Positions 10,842 to 24,045 are shown, counted from the stretch's first letter. The stretch: DNA of 64,000 nucleotides from Narcine bancroftii (GCF_036971445.1 NC_091473.1:250914001-250978000), one strand, 5' to 3'. Program-made: numbers and translations. Notes: generated by a model not told the origin, from the sequence alone.

Positions 10842-13397
10842 GTACATTGACAATTTCTCCTCACTCAGTCAAAATTTGAAAATTCCACCCTTGCCCCTCC
10901 CACCCTCAGCTCTGATGGTGACTCAGTCCCACATTTCCATGGCATCAAAGGGGTGGGGACTCATCAACTAGGTTTTTTGTCTCTTGGGGGGAGACAACAA
11001 CACCCCCTCGGCAGGACAGTCCCGACAGCCAACTGTTCTGCTCTTGGGTCATTCCCCCACAGCCAATTGCTCCGAGGTCAGAACCTTGCCCACACCCACT
11101 GGAACAGGTGGGACAGCAGACCTCCACCACACTACCCACCTCTGCAGTCCCACCCAGCCCAGTCCCACCCATTGGTGATATCAGCCGAGTTCTGTTCACT
11201 TCCTCAGTTATTCTCCTGATGGAAAGGCTGATCCTGAGAGAGTGAATTAGATAATCTGGGATATATTTAGCGGGTTGGGCAGCATCTTTTGTGAGAGAAA
11301 CTGGTTTAATATTTAAGAGAGATATCCTTCGTCCGATTTGGGCAAGTTTCAAGATCCAGGTGTGGGAGGAGTCATGGAGGGAAAAGAAAGGAAGCCCATT
11401 GATAATGTCATGGAGCCACTGCGTCTAACAGCATAGAACAGACCCATCAAATCCCCAGCTGTGCTCAACCCACTTCATCTGTCGCATCCTATATGAATGG
11501 TTCTAGGGCCATCTCGATATCCATTCAAGGTAAGAGTCTCTGCCATCACATTCTCAGGCAGTGCTTAAGATCCCAACCATGTTCTGGGTGAGCAAAATCT
11601 TCTCTATATCTCCTATAAAATTTTTTAATTGAACCAAAGAGCTTTGCGCTCTGGTGAGGCCCTTTTGGTTGGAATTATCTCATATATTAACTAAAGAACA
11701 GACTTCCCGCTGGATCGGGAGCTGTATTTATTGGGAAACCTCAAGGTCGTGGGCAGATTATTAACTAAATTCCAAATTAAATCTGTAGATATTGCCCTGT
11801 CAGGAGTAAAAAAAAGCTCAGCGATCACCTGGAACTCTGAATCTCCCTTGCTCATCACTCGGTGGTCCACGGAGATGCACAACTGCCTGTCCATGGAGAA
11901 AATAACATATAAGAAATAAATACCATACATTTGCAACCTTATCTCAAGCCCTTTGGTGCACAGCTTTAGCGAAAGCCCACAGTTCTAAAAAGCTAACAAA
12001 ATGCTGAAAGGCTAACAAAATTCACAGCAGTGAAGCACCTCGAGGAGTGGAAGTCGGGTACCTGAGGTTCTCTTTTCTTTTTCCCATTTCTCTGTTTGCC
12101 ACTTTAATTGTTTTAGTTGTGGTTTAGATTTCAAAGTTCTGGGGCATGAAAGGAAGTTACAAGCAAGCAGCATAGTGATGGTATCAGAGAAGTGAATTAT
12201 ACTAAACAAAATTGTAAATACATTAAAAATGGATTGTTTCTTCAGATGTGATATTACATTTATTTTGGAAAAATTGAAAAATAAAATTTTCAAGAAAAAG
12301 AATGAGTACCTGATGATCAGAAACTAATTGTAGCAGGTAAAATGGAATGAATAACATTCTTCAACTAGATAAACCGAATTAAGTATTTGTCCTTCTTGCC
12401 TGGTTGAAGGGCAGAGCTCACTTGTAGTTCAGTTTAGTTTCCCCTGCCAACGTTACTCTCCTTTCCTGGCCTTTCCCAAATAATAAAATCATGAAATCAA
12501 CGACAATTTTACTTCATCTTTGTAAAATGAAGCTTTTATCTTCCAGCAATCAAAAACTTAGGTCATCAATAATTATTGATATACGTCGTGCTCGATCCCA
12601 CAACTTTCGAACCTTGCTACGCCCCAGGGGATAGTGGATGCCTGGTGCTCCCTCTAACCATGTTCCACCCAATTACAACAAATAGTCTGGACATTGCCCA
12701 CATCCTGTAGCCAAGGATAATTGTCGGTATGGTGTTGAACATGGTAGAAGAACAACCAAGACCCCATTCCATGCCTGTTCCTTACACGCAGAACCCACAC
12801 TTCCTGTTGGAGATCGGCTGGCTCTGTGAGTGAGTCAAGGTCGGGGGAGAAAAAACTCCCATGGTCTTCTTGCACAAGCCCCATTCCAGCATGGAACTGG
12901 GCCTCAGGGAAAAAGAGGATCTGACTTAGTGTGAGAAAGACATGTGGGGAGAGAGGAGGCAAACCATTATTTTCCTTCATTGTGATTATCTGAGTCGGTG
13001 AGGAATATCCAGCTGCAGATTTTCTAACTGAAGTTTCTGGGGGAGTAAGTGGTCTCAAGGAGCAAGTCCACCATTTGTTGCCCATCTCTGCTTGCCTCAA
13101 GGGGCTCGTGCTGAGGTCCCTGTGGAACCCCTGCAGAGATCGCATCCCTAGAACTCACCACAAGAAACAACAGACAAACATGTTGGAAAATCAGGCTGAG
13201 GCATTCTGCTTTCACTCAAACTTGAGGAACAGCTTCGATGAAATGAGAATTCACACCAGGATTAGAATATGGAAGTGCAACATGACGTGGACAAAATCAT
13301 GAATCTCCATGAACGGTAGAAATGTCACAATTCTATTGCTAAATTCAGCGTGTGTGGATGCAGTGTGGGTAATTTTTCATCTTTTATGTTCCAACAG

Positions 13398-13712
13398 GTT
13401 CAACTGCAATAACTGGTCCCAAGCACGTTAAGGGAGAAGAAGGACAGTCGGTCACTGTGGAATGTCGGTATGATCGGAAATACAGGGACTACAAGAAACA
13501 ATGGTGTAGTGGTTATTATAATCTATCAAGTGCTGTTGTTGTTTCAACTGATCGCCCACAAAATGGAAGATCATCGATGACAGATAACAAGGCAGAGGCG
13601 ATAATGTCAGTCACCATAGACAACCTACAGAAGGAAGATGAAGGATTGTACTGGTGTGTGATCGAAAAGATAATCGATGAAAAGTTTTTGATTCACTTGC
13701 AAGTTTCTGAAG
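13398..13712 (+). CDS. Ig V-set exon, type A (gene 1 domain 3)
   Basis: Copy of 6493-6807 at +6905; one synonymous AAA/AAG difference seen; splice sites intact. Confidence 0.92.
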
Positions 13713-16700
13713 GTATGTTGACAATTCCTCCCCATTTGGCCCAAATTTGAACATTGCACCAGTCACACCCTCCACAATCACACCCATTCCAGTCACAAAC
13801 ACTGGTGACATCAGCTTTTTGATCACTCCAAATCCAATTATAATTCCCTCGATGGGAAAAGTGATCATTACAGAGTGACTCCCAGGAGCATATCGAGGGA
13901 GGTCCACATACTGCTAGAAGAGGTGGGATGGTGGGTGGAACAGGTCCGGGTGGAGGGGGGGGGTGCTTAAGTGTTTCCACGAAAGCTTATCCTGTGGTGT
14001 CATAGGATCTGCTTCCCATTCTCGCTTGAGAGGAGGAGAGGAATAGACAGTGGCAAAGCTAGGGTGGGGTGTTGGTTGCAGGAGGGAAATAATGCATTCT
14101 ACAAGAGTGGTGCATTTTCAACCATTTTTTAATTCTTTAGTTCCCAAATGCAATAAAAGTCGAATCTCTTTTTCACTATTGGTTCCTTTTACTTGGAATC
14201 AATGTGGAAATAGGGTAGAACTGGAGCGATTTGCAGAGGTTGAGAAACCCAGTTCCAACAGAGACCTGCTCAGACAAAGAGAGAAACTGAAAGCAACGTG
14301 GAAGAGCAACAGAACGAAATTCCGTGGAGAGGAAAGGCAGGATTTCTTCCAGGCGCAGTCGAAGTGGCCAGAGTACAGAAGCAGAACATTGCTGGAAATT
14401 TCCAATAAGAGCAGATCAGGAAAGAAATAGCCTGCAGAGAGAAATGTATTGAGTTCAAATTTTGTTTCCAATATTAACAACTCTTTGATAGTGTCATCCT
14501 TAAAACATTTTCTCCTTTCCTGGAGACTTGGTGGACACCCACCCCTACTTCTCATTGGCAGATCAGTGGTTGGGGTCATTCGAGGTTCCATGGAAATGGC
14601 CTCATACTTGGAATGGAATCGACCACGATCGAATACCCGTTATTCCAAATACTACAGACCAGCAGAGCAGAACTGTTCCAGCGCTTGCCGAGCCAACCAC
14701 TTTCATGGCCACGCAGAATGGTCCCAATTGCAGTCACTCTCCTCTAAACCATTAAAGGTCACAACTCCCCTCTCCCTCTATCTCCACCGTGGTGAGCCCT
14801 CAGTTGCTCTCACCTGTGCATAGAAAAAATTGGGAATTGCATTTCATAGGCTGTCATTTCCTGCCATATGGGAGGGGGATTATTTTCTAATCCTTATCGA
14901 CCACTAGTTCTGAAATGGAATGGGAGACCAATGCCTGAAACCCCTTCATCGCTACCAGCCTTGTGGTTATACAGTTGTAGATAAAATAAACGAGAATTGT
15001 AGAGAGGAGAAAATGTGAGGAAAACATGTGCAACTCTTGTAAAGAGTGAGTACCTGTTATTTCAATCAATTCCGATTTATGAACAACATTTTTAAAATAT
15101 TAAATGACAGCATAAGAACTTTCCTGTAGATCTCTGCGGAAAAATTGACGTGGGATTATAAATTTTGGAGGGGGGGAGCGGAAACTACGATTACCTGATT
15201 TTAGGGTAAATTCCTGAGCCGTCCAGTCGAGGTTCCTTCCATCTTTATTTGAGAGAGTGAACCACCATCATGGGTTAACATAGGACGACCTAGCACGGGA
15301 GAGGGGGAGGTGAAAGATTTCATTTACAAAACAAATACCAAATAAATAAAAGAACAGATAACCCCATCCTAAAACATCTGGTAAAGGTCTGGAAGGAAAT
15401 TAATGATTGGATCGGTAAAGAGATTGTAATCTCACCAATGCACCTTAATTCTGAGGGAGTTGGACTTGGTCAGATTTATGTAGGGAAAGTGTAACATTGG
15501 TGATCAACGCCACAATAAGATGGTACAATATAATTTCTTACACCCATTATATCTCTATATAATAAAAATTATATAAAGGAAAATCAGAGATATCGGAAAT
15601 GTGCTTCAGGTGTGGGTGAAAAATGGGTACCTTTATACACTCCACATGGACCTGCCGAAGGTGAGGCCCTTTTGGTTGGAATTATCTCATATATTAACTA
15701 AAGAACAGACTTCCCGCTGGATCGGGAGCTGTAATTATTGGGAAACCTCAAGGTCGTGGGCAGATTATTAACTAAATTCCAAATTAAATCTGTAGATATT
15801 GCCCTGTCAGGAGTAAAAAAAGCTCAGCGATCACCTGGAACTCTGAATCTCCCTTGCTCATCACTCGGTGGTCCACGGAGATGCACAACTGCCTGTCCAT
15901 GGAGAAAATAACATATAAGAAATAAATACCATGCTTTTGCAACCTTATCTCAAGCCCTTTGGTGCACAGCTTTAGCACCAGCCCACAGTTCTAAAAAGCT
16001 AACAAAATGCTGAAAGGCTAACAAAATTCACAGCAGTGAAGCTCCCCGAGGAGTGGAAGTCGGGTACCTGAGGTTCTCTTTTCTTTTTCCCATTTCTCTG
16101 TTTGCCACTTTAATTGTTTTAGTTGTGGTTTAGATTTCAAAGTTCTGGGGCATGAAAGGAAGTTACAAGCAAGCAGCATAATGTTGGTATCAGAGAAGTG
16201 ATTTATACTAAACAAAATTGTAAATACATTAAAAATGGATTGTTTCTTCGATGTGATATTATATTTGTTTTGGAAAAATTGAAAAATAAAATTTTCAAGA
16301 AAGACTGAGTACCTGGTGATCAGAAACTAATTGTAGCAGGTAAAATGGAATGAATAACATTCTTCAACTAGATAAACTTCAAATTAAGTATTTGTGCTTC
16401 TCGCCTGGTTGAAGGGCAGAGCTCACTTGTAGTTGAGTTTAGTTTCCCCTGCCAACGTTACTCTCTTTTCCTGGCCTTTCCCAAATAACACAATTGTGAA
16501 AACAACGACAACTTTGCTTCATCTTTGTGAAATTAAGCTTTCTTCTGACAGCAATCAAAAACTTAGGCCATCAATAATTATTGATATGCGTCGTTTCACC
16601 ATTTTAATGTGCTCGATCCCCCTAACTTTCTAACCTTGCTACGCCCCAGGGGATAGTGGATGCCTGGTGCTCCCTCTAACTATATTCAACCCAATTCAAA

Positions 16701-17431
16701 TAAATAGCCTGGATGTTTCCCTTATCCTGTAGTGTAGGGTAATTGTCGGAATGGGGTTGAACATGGTTAGAGGAATGACCAGGCCACCACTCCCTACCTA
16801 CTCCTTACACTCAGAACCCACTCTTCCTGATGGAGATTGTCTGGCTCTGTGAGTGTGTCAGGGTCACAGGGATCAGGGGGATAAATAACTCTCATGGTCT
16901 TCTTGCACAAGCCCCTTTCCAGCCTGGAACTGGGCCTCAGGGAAAAAGAGGATCTGACTTAGTGTGGGAGAGACATGTGGGGAGAGAGGAGGCAAATCAT
17001 TTTTTTTCATTCATTGTGATTCTCTGAGTCAGTGAGGAATATCCAGCTGCAGATTTTCTAACTGAACTTTTTTTGGGGGGAAATGGTCTCAAGGAGCAAG
17101 TCCACCATTTGTTGCCCATCTCTGCTTGCCGCAAGAGGCTCGTGCTGAGGTCCCTGTGGAACCCCTGCAGAGATCGCATCCCTAGAACTCACCACAAGAA
17201 ACAACAGACAAACATGTTGGAAAATCAGGCTGAGGCATTCTGCTTTCACTCAAACCTGAGGAACAGCTTCGATGAAATGAAAATTCACACCAGGATTAGA
17301 ATATTGAAGTGCAACATGACGTGAACAAAATCATGAATCTCCATGAACAGTAAAAATGCCACAGTTCTATTGCTAATTTCAGCGTGTGTGGATGCAGTGT
17401 GGGTAATCTTTCATCTTTTACGTTCAAACAG

Positions 17432-17746
17432 GTTCAACTGCAATAACTGGTCCCAAACAAGTTAAGGGAGAAGAAGGACAGTCGGTCACTATGGAATGTC
17501 GGTATAATCGGAAATACAGGGACTACAAGAAACAATGGTGTAGGGGTCATTATTATGTATTTAGTTCTCCTTTGGTTTCAACTGAACGCCCACAACATGG
17601 AAGATTATCAATGACTGATAACATGGCAAAAGGGATACTGTCATTCACCATAGACAACCTACAGAAGAAAGATAAAGGAAGGTACTGGTGTGGGATCGAT
17701 AAGTATATCGATGAAAAGTTTCCCATTGATTTGGAAGTTTATGAAG
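17432..17746 (+). CDS. Ig V-set exon, type B (gene 1 domain 4)
   Basis: Copy of 10527-10841 at +6905; splice sites intact. Confidence 0.92.
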
Positions 17747-19422
17747 GTACATTGACAATTTCTCCTCACTCAGTCAAAATTTGAAAATTTGAAAGCTTAT
17801 CCTGTGGTGTCATAGGATCTGCTTCCCATTCTCGCTTGAGAGGAGGAGAGGAATAGACAGTGGCAAAGCTAGGGTGGGGTGTTGGTTGCAGGAGGGAAAT
17901 AATGCATTCTACAAGAGTGGTGCATTTTCAACCATTTTTTAATTCTTTAGTTCCCAAATGCAATAAAAGTCGAATCTCTTTTTCACTATTGGTTCCTTTT
18001 ACTTGGAATCAATGTGGAAATAGGGTAGAACTGGAGCGATTTGCAGAGGTTGAGAAACCCAGTTCCAACAGAGACCTGCTCAGACAAAGAGAGAAACTGA
18101 AAGCAACGTGGAAGAGCAACAGAACGAAATTTCGTGGAGAGGAAAGGCAGGATTTCTTTCAAGCCCAGTCGAAGTGGCCACAGTACAGAAGCAGAACATT
18201 GCTGGAAATCTGCAATAAGAGCAGATCAGGAAAGAAATAGCCTGCAGAGAGAAATCGTATTGAGTTCGGATTTTGTTTCCATTGTTAACAACTCTTTGAC
18301 AGTATAATCCTTAAAACTTTGTCTCCCTTCCTGGAGAAGTGGTGGACACCCTCCCCTAGTTGCCATTGGCAGATGAGTGGGATGGGGACTTTCAAGGTTT
18401 CCATGGAAACAGCCAAACTATTGGGACGGAATCGTCCACGATCGAAAACCCAGTATTACAAACGCTTCACACCGGCAGAGCAGAACCCTACCAACGATTG
18501 CCAAGCTGCCCACTTTCATAGCCAGGCACAATAGTCCCAACCTTTAAAGTTCAGAACTCCCCTTTCTCTCCATCTCCACTGCGGCAAGTCTCCAGTTGCT
18601 CTCACCTGCACAGAGAAAAACGTGGGATGCTGGGAACTTTGCTAGGACCCAGGGGATAGTGGATGCCTGCTGCTCCCTCTAACCACGTTCCATCCAATTA
18701 CAACAAATAGCCTGGACGTTGCCCACATCCTGTAGCCAAGGATAATTGTCAGTATGGGGTTGAACATGGTAGAGGAACGACCAAGACCCCATTCCTTGCC
18801 TGTTCCTGACACGCAGAACCCACACTTCCTGTTGGAGATCGGCTGGCTCTGTGAGTGAGTCAAGGTCAGGGGGAGAAAAATCTCCCATGGTCTTCTTGTA
18901 CAAGCCCCATTCCAGCATGGAACTGGGCCTCAGGGAAAAAGAGGATCTGACTTAGTGTGAGAGAGACATGTTGGGAGAGAGGAGGCAAACCATTATTTTC
19001 CTTCATTGTGATTATCTGAGTTGGTGAGGAATATCCAGCTGCAGATTTTCTAACTGAAGTTTCTGGGGGGGAAGTGGTCTCAAGGAGCAAGTCCACCATT
19101 TGTTGCCCATCTCTGCTTGCCGCAAGGGGCTCGTGCTGAGGTCCCTGTGGAAACCCTGCAGAGATCGCATCCCTAGAACTCACCACAAGAAACAACAGAC
19201 AAACATGTTGGAAAATCAGGCTGAGGCATTCTGCTTTCACTCAAACTTGAGGAACAGCTTCGATGAAATGAGAATTCACACCAGGATTAGAATATTGAAG
19301 TGCAACATGACGTGGACAAAATCATGAATCTCCATGAACGGTAGAAATGCCACAGTTCTATTGCTAAATTCAGCTTGTGTGGATGCAGTGTGGGTAATCT
19401 TTCATCTTTTATGTTCCAACAG

Positions 19423-19737
19423 GTTCAATTGCAATAACTGGTCCCAAACACGTTAAGGGAGAAGAAGGACAGTCGATCACTATGGAATGTCGGTATGATC
19501 GGAAATACAGGGACTACAAGAAACAATGGTGTAGTGGTTATTTATATCTATCAAGGGCTGTTGTGGTTTCTTCTGATCGACCACAACATGGAAGATCATC
19601 GATGACTGATAACAAGACAGAGGCGATAATGTCATTCACCATAGACAACCTACAGAAGGAAGATGAAGGATGGTACTGGTGTGTGATCGAAAAAATGATA
19701 AATGAAAAGATTTCATTTTACTTACAAGTTTCTGAAG
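19423..19737 (+). CDS. Ig V-set exon, type C (gene 1 domain 5)
   Basis: AG acceptor, G|GTACGT donor. GSIAITGPKHVKGEEGQSITMECRY...WCSGYLYLSRAVVVSS...DEGWYWCVIEKMINEKISFYLQVSE. Confidence 0.92.
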
Positions 19738-21689
19738 GTACGTTGACAAGTTCTCCACACTTGGCCAAAATTTGAAAATTCCACCCTTGCCCCTCCCACC
19801 CTCAGCTCTGATGGTGACTCAGTCCCACATTTCCATGGCATCAAAGGGGTGGGGACTCATCAACTAGGTTTTTTGTCTCTTGGGGGGAAACAACAACACC
19901 CCCTCGGCAGGACAGTCCCGACAGCCAACTGTTCTGCTCTTGAGTTATTCCCCCACAGCCAATTGCTCCGAGATCAGAATCTTGCCCACACCCACTGGAA
20001 CAGGTGGGACTGCAGACCTCCACCAGCTCACACTACCCACCTCTGCAGTCCCACCCAGCCCATTCCCACCCATTGGTGATATCAGCCGAGTTCTGTTCAC
20101 TTCCTCAGTTATTCTCCTGATGGAAAGGCTGATCCTGAGAGAGTGAAGTAGATAATCTGGGATATATTTAGCGGGTTGGGCAGCATCTTTAGTGGGAGAA
20201 ACTGGGTTAATATTTAAGAGAGATATCCTTCGTCCGATTTGGGCAAGTTTCAAGATCCAGGTGTGGGAGGAGTCATGGAGGGAAAAGAAAGGAAGCCCAT
20301 TGATAATGTCATGGAGCCACTGCCTCTAACAGCATAGAACAGACCCATCAGATCACCAGCTGTGCTCAACCCATTTCATCTGTCACATCCTATATGAATG
20401 GTTCCAGGCCCATCTCGATATCCATTCAAGGTAAGAGTCTCTGCCATCACCTTCTCAGGCAGTGCTTAAGATCCCAACCATGTTCTGGGTGAGCAAAATC
20501 TTCTCTATATCTCCTGGAAACATTTTACATCGAAACAAAAGGCTTTGCGCTCTGGTTATAATGACCTCTGCTGCATAGAACATTTTTACTGCTATCAATC
20601 CTACCTCTCCCCCATGTAATGTTGCACATCCCATTCAGATCAGCTCTGAGTTTTCACCTCCACAAGGAAGACAACCCAGCCTCTCCATCCTATCCTCACA
20701 ATGGAAATGTTCCTATGCATGCTGTGTGACCTGCTGATTCCTCCATCATTTTGGTCATTACTACATTCACACATCTGCAGTGTTCCACTGTTATCACTCT
20801 ACGCCTACTTCCCCACTGTCTTATTCTCTCAGCCCCTTTACAATGACCATCCACTCCCCCTCCCTCAGCCTTGTTCTTTTTCTACCCCTCTCCCACACTC
20901 TCCATTTCTATCTCTCCCCCTTCAGGTGCTCCAGCTTCCCAAAAGGTGGAATTGGAGCCCCAGACCTGTTCCTTTCAGTACTGGCAGTGGACACTTCAGG
21001 CTTCCTCCCTCATCTTGGGTCATTGAGCCAGTGGGAGCTGAGGTGGGGACCAGCAGCAAGAATCCAGTCTGCGGGCTGAGGAATGTCCCAGCAGTGGGCA
21101 GCCTTTGGTGGAGAGGCTAATCGTAGCCTTGACTGCTTCATGGATGTCCCCAGATCTAGGATGCTTTCAAGGACTCCTTCACCAGATGCACAGTTGCTCA
21201 TCCAGGGAGGTTTCCCTGGACAAAAACTTGACTCACAATAGGAAACTACACAAACAGTGGTCTCTTTGTGGAAAGTTTCCAGAAATTATTTCCCAGAAAT
21301 CTCCAGAATATGCACCCCCCAATCAACCCCAACCTCTGAAACACATCCATCTACTGTTCAATCATTCCCTGATCCACCCTGGGCCTCAACACTTCTGGGT
21401 CAGTTCTCCAGAATCCTCCATTCCTTGAACTTTAAAACATTTAACTCTACTCTAAATATCTCTCATCAGCTTTTCTCCTGCACTCTCAGGCAGTGAGAAT
21501 TCCAATTGTTCACTGCCCTCCAAAGGAAGAAAGGTCAGCCTCAGCACACCTCAAATTTAAATTACCTGCTCCTAACTTTGTTTGCCTTTACTGGCTCCTT
21601 TTATTCCGGTCTCATTTGAATCACCTCCCATTCTTCTGAATTCAAAGGAATTCAGCCCCATCTAATTCGTCTCTCTGAATGGAACAACC

Positions 21690-22520
21690 ATTACAGGAAG
21701 GATGTGGAAGATATGGAGAAGGTGCAGAGGAGATTTACCAGGATGTTGCCTGGATTGGGAAACGAGTCTGATGAGGCGAGCTTAGTGGAACTGGGACTTT
21801 CCTCTTTGGAGCGTACAACGTCGAGAGGAGACTTGATTGAGGTCTACAAGAATATGAGAAGAATAGATAGGGTGGATGGCCAGCGCCTTTTCTCCAGGGC
21901 AGAAATAGCAAACACCAGATGACATATGTACAAAGTGAAGGGAGGGTAGCAAACACCAGATGACATATGTACAAAGTGAAGGGAGGGATGTTTAGGGGAG
22001 ACATCAGAGGCATTTGAAAGATGCTTAGACAGGTACATGGATGGAAGAAAAATAGAGGGAACGGGGTAGCGTGGGTTTAGTTTTTTCAAAGGAATATATG
22101 AATCGGCACAACATCAAGGTCCAAAGGGCCTGTACTGTTCTATGTAGCTCTCTCCCATCCCAGCAGTTGGCCTGTTGAACTTCCTTTGGGCTACCTCCAA
22201 TGCTACTCTGTCTTTTTGGTGAAGGGTTCCAACACTGTACACACAGTTCCTGGTGAGGTTTCACCAGTACCATGTGCAATTGCGACAAACCCTCCCTACA
22301 CTTAAACTCCATCCCCTTTCCAATGACTGTGGCCTTCCCAGCTTCAGGTTGGACCAGCCTGTTAGCCTTTGGCGAGTCGTGCACTAGGACACTGCGATCT
22401 CTCTGTAACTCACTCACTCATGAGCAGCCTCACTCTGTTAAGACAATAATCTGCCATATTTTCGCCACAATCATTCCATTCACATCAACGTTCTCGTCTT
22501 GATGTGCTCTTCCATCCACC
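21690..22520. mobile_element. CR1 3' fragment (+, ~21690-22145) followed by CR1 fragment (-, ~22150-22520); copies ~49820-50660 and ~61305-62135
   Basis: EKVQRRFTRMLPGL...RGDLIEVYKNMR on +; LVKPHQELCVQCW on -. Contains a 41-bp tandem duplication at 21906-21987. Confidence 0.85.
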
Positions 22521-22583
22521 CTCACCTCATTGGCACACTTAGGTTGTAAACAATTTAGGGCCAAGGAGCAATTCCTTGGATAT

Positions 22584-22910
22584 TCCAAAACTTGCATCCT
22601 CTCAGCCGGAAATGGTATCCTTCATTCTAGCTCCATATTTTCCATGTGACGGCCACTCTTCATTCTCCAAAACTTGCATCCTCTCAGCCAGAAAACGTCC
22701 CCTTCATTCTAGCTCCATATTTTCCATGTGACGGCCAGTCTTCAATCTCCAAAACTTGCATCCTCTCAGCCGGGAAGGTCTCCTTCATTCTAGCTCCATA
22801 TTTTCCATGTGACAGCCAGTCTTCAATCTCCAAAACTTGCATCCTCTCAGCCGGAAAAGGTCTCCTTCATTCTCACTCCATATTTTCCATGTTACGGCCA
22901 GTCTTCAATC
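22584..22910 (+). repeat. ~82-bp minisatellite, 4 units
   Basis: Unit tccaaaacttgcatcctctcagcc...ccatattttccatgtgacggcca starts at 22584, 22666, 22748 and 22829. Confidence 0.92.
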
Positions 22911-23299
22911 CGTGCCGGGACACTTGCTCAGTATCTCAAGATTCAAGCTTCCTTTTGTCGTCATAGTAACACATAAAAATATAATTGACAGGATATGTTT
23001 CCATTTTTGTTGGCTGCAAGGTAAACAAATAGTTGCCATGAGCCTTGCCCAGCTCCCCTAAAGAGAAGCAAAAGAGAATTCCTTCAGACACACCGAGTGG
23101 CCGTGGATTCGCCTCCAGTGCTCCCACAACTTCTGCCATCACACAGGACTCCTGCCTGATTCATCAACAACCCGAGCCCAGATCCAAACCTCCAATACGA
23201 TCAGGAAGCTGTAAGTGCCTCAGGCCCTTCTATCCTCAGCACCATCTCAAATCCCGGTTCGAATACCTGGTGCCCCTGAGCCGGTGTCCAGCAGCCCAC

Positions 23300-23790
23300 A
23301 GCCTATGTGGATCTCCCAGTGGTCAACCACTTCAATTCTGCATCCCATCCCCATGCTGACATGACCATGGTCTCGTGCTGTCAAACAAGTCCATCAGTCA
23401 ACTGGTGAAACAACACTCAATTTTCCATCTCCAACCAGATGGCATTAACGACTTCTCCAGTTTCCGCTTGCCCACTCCCCGCTCTCCCTCCCTTCCTTTT
23501 CACCTCATCTTCTTTCCTCCATTTCCCCACCCTTCCCTCTCTATTCACAGACCCATCCCTCCTCCCCACGTTAGCTGCTCTGCCCTCCCTCCCTTATATC
23601 TTATGCCTGTGGGGCTGTGCTCCTCCCATTGCCCCTGCCCTTCCCCCATCACTTTATTGAGGCGCCTGCTTACATTTTGTCATCTCTTGATGCTGGGCTC
23701 AAGCCCGAAACATTGGCGATGTATCTTTATCCTTACTCTAAAAGGGATCTATTTGACCTTTTGAGTTTCTCCAGCTTTGTGTTTTGACCT
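23300..23790 (+). mobile_element. Penelope-like element 3' fragment/tail (copy ~62750-63243)
   Basis: Degenerate QHSIFHLQPDGINDFSSFR (end of the GIY-YIG region) followed by a C/T-rich tail ending gagtttctccagctttgtgtttt; similar to 26320-26740. Confidence 0.6.
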
Positions 23791-23793
23791 TAG

Positions 23794-23899
23794 ATACTTC
23801 ATCCATTGTAACCTCTGGGCCGAGCACATTCAGCATGAAAACAGCAGGTGCTGAGACCTCCACAGCAGCCTTGCAGACCTCTTCATCGCCTCAAACCTG
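23794..23899 (+). CDS. Ser/Thr-rich stalk exon (gene 1)
   Basis: ttttgaccttAG acceptor (phase 1) and TG|GTCAGT donor (phase 2). DTSSIVTSGPSTFSMKTAGAETSTAALQTSSSPQT(W). Conserved at 63246. Confidence 0.7.
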
Positions 23900-23970
23900 G
23901 TCAGTCACTCTAAGCCACAACTCTTCATTGCACAGGTTAATCACTGAATTAGGGCCATCTGAAAATGACT

Positions 23971-24045
23971 CAGAAGAAAGATAAGGCATGATGATCAAAA
24001 ATAAATTCAATGAAAAGTTTTTCATTCACTTGGAACTTTCTGAAG
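23971..24045 (+). pseudogene. Truncated 3' remnant of a V exon
   Basis: cagaagaaagataag...aatgaaaagtttttcattcacttggaactttctgaag|gtacattgacaatttctcctcactc matches the end of the V exons and their donor and intron. The 5' part and the YWC motif are missing. Confidence 0.8.

Larger units (their letters stand above)
6325..17789 (+). repeat. Near-identical direct duplication at 6905-bp offset (~6325-10884 vs ~13230-17789) carrying the A+B V exons
   Basis: ORF track shows identical peptides at a constant +6905 offset (6552/13457, 7145/14050, 8879/15784, 10586/17491). Confidence 0.92.

Noticed and set aside
6325-17789. Duplications as pure assembly artefact
   Set aside because: Not fully excluded, but copies carry small differences (e.g. 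AAA/AAG in exon A), different flanks and unique junctions, which favours real duplication.
6493-19800. Rearranging Ig/TCR/IgNAR V gene segments
   Set aside because: V exons include the G strand and end in GT splice donors. I see no CACAGTG/nonamer RSS at their 3' ends and no J or C segments. There is one leader per several V exons.
22584-22910. CRISPR-like array
   Set aside because: Units are contiguous ~82-bp repeats with no unique spacers, in a vertebrate intron.
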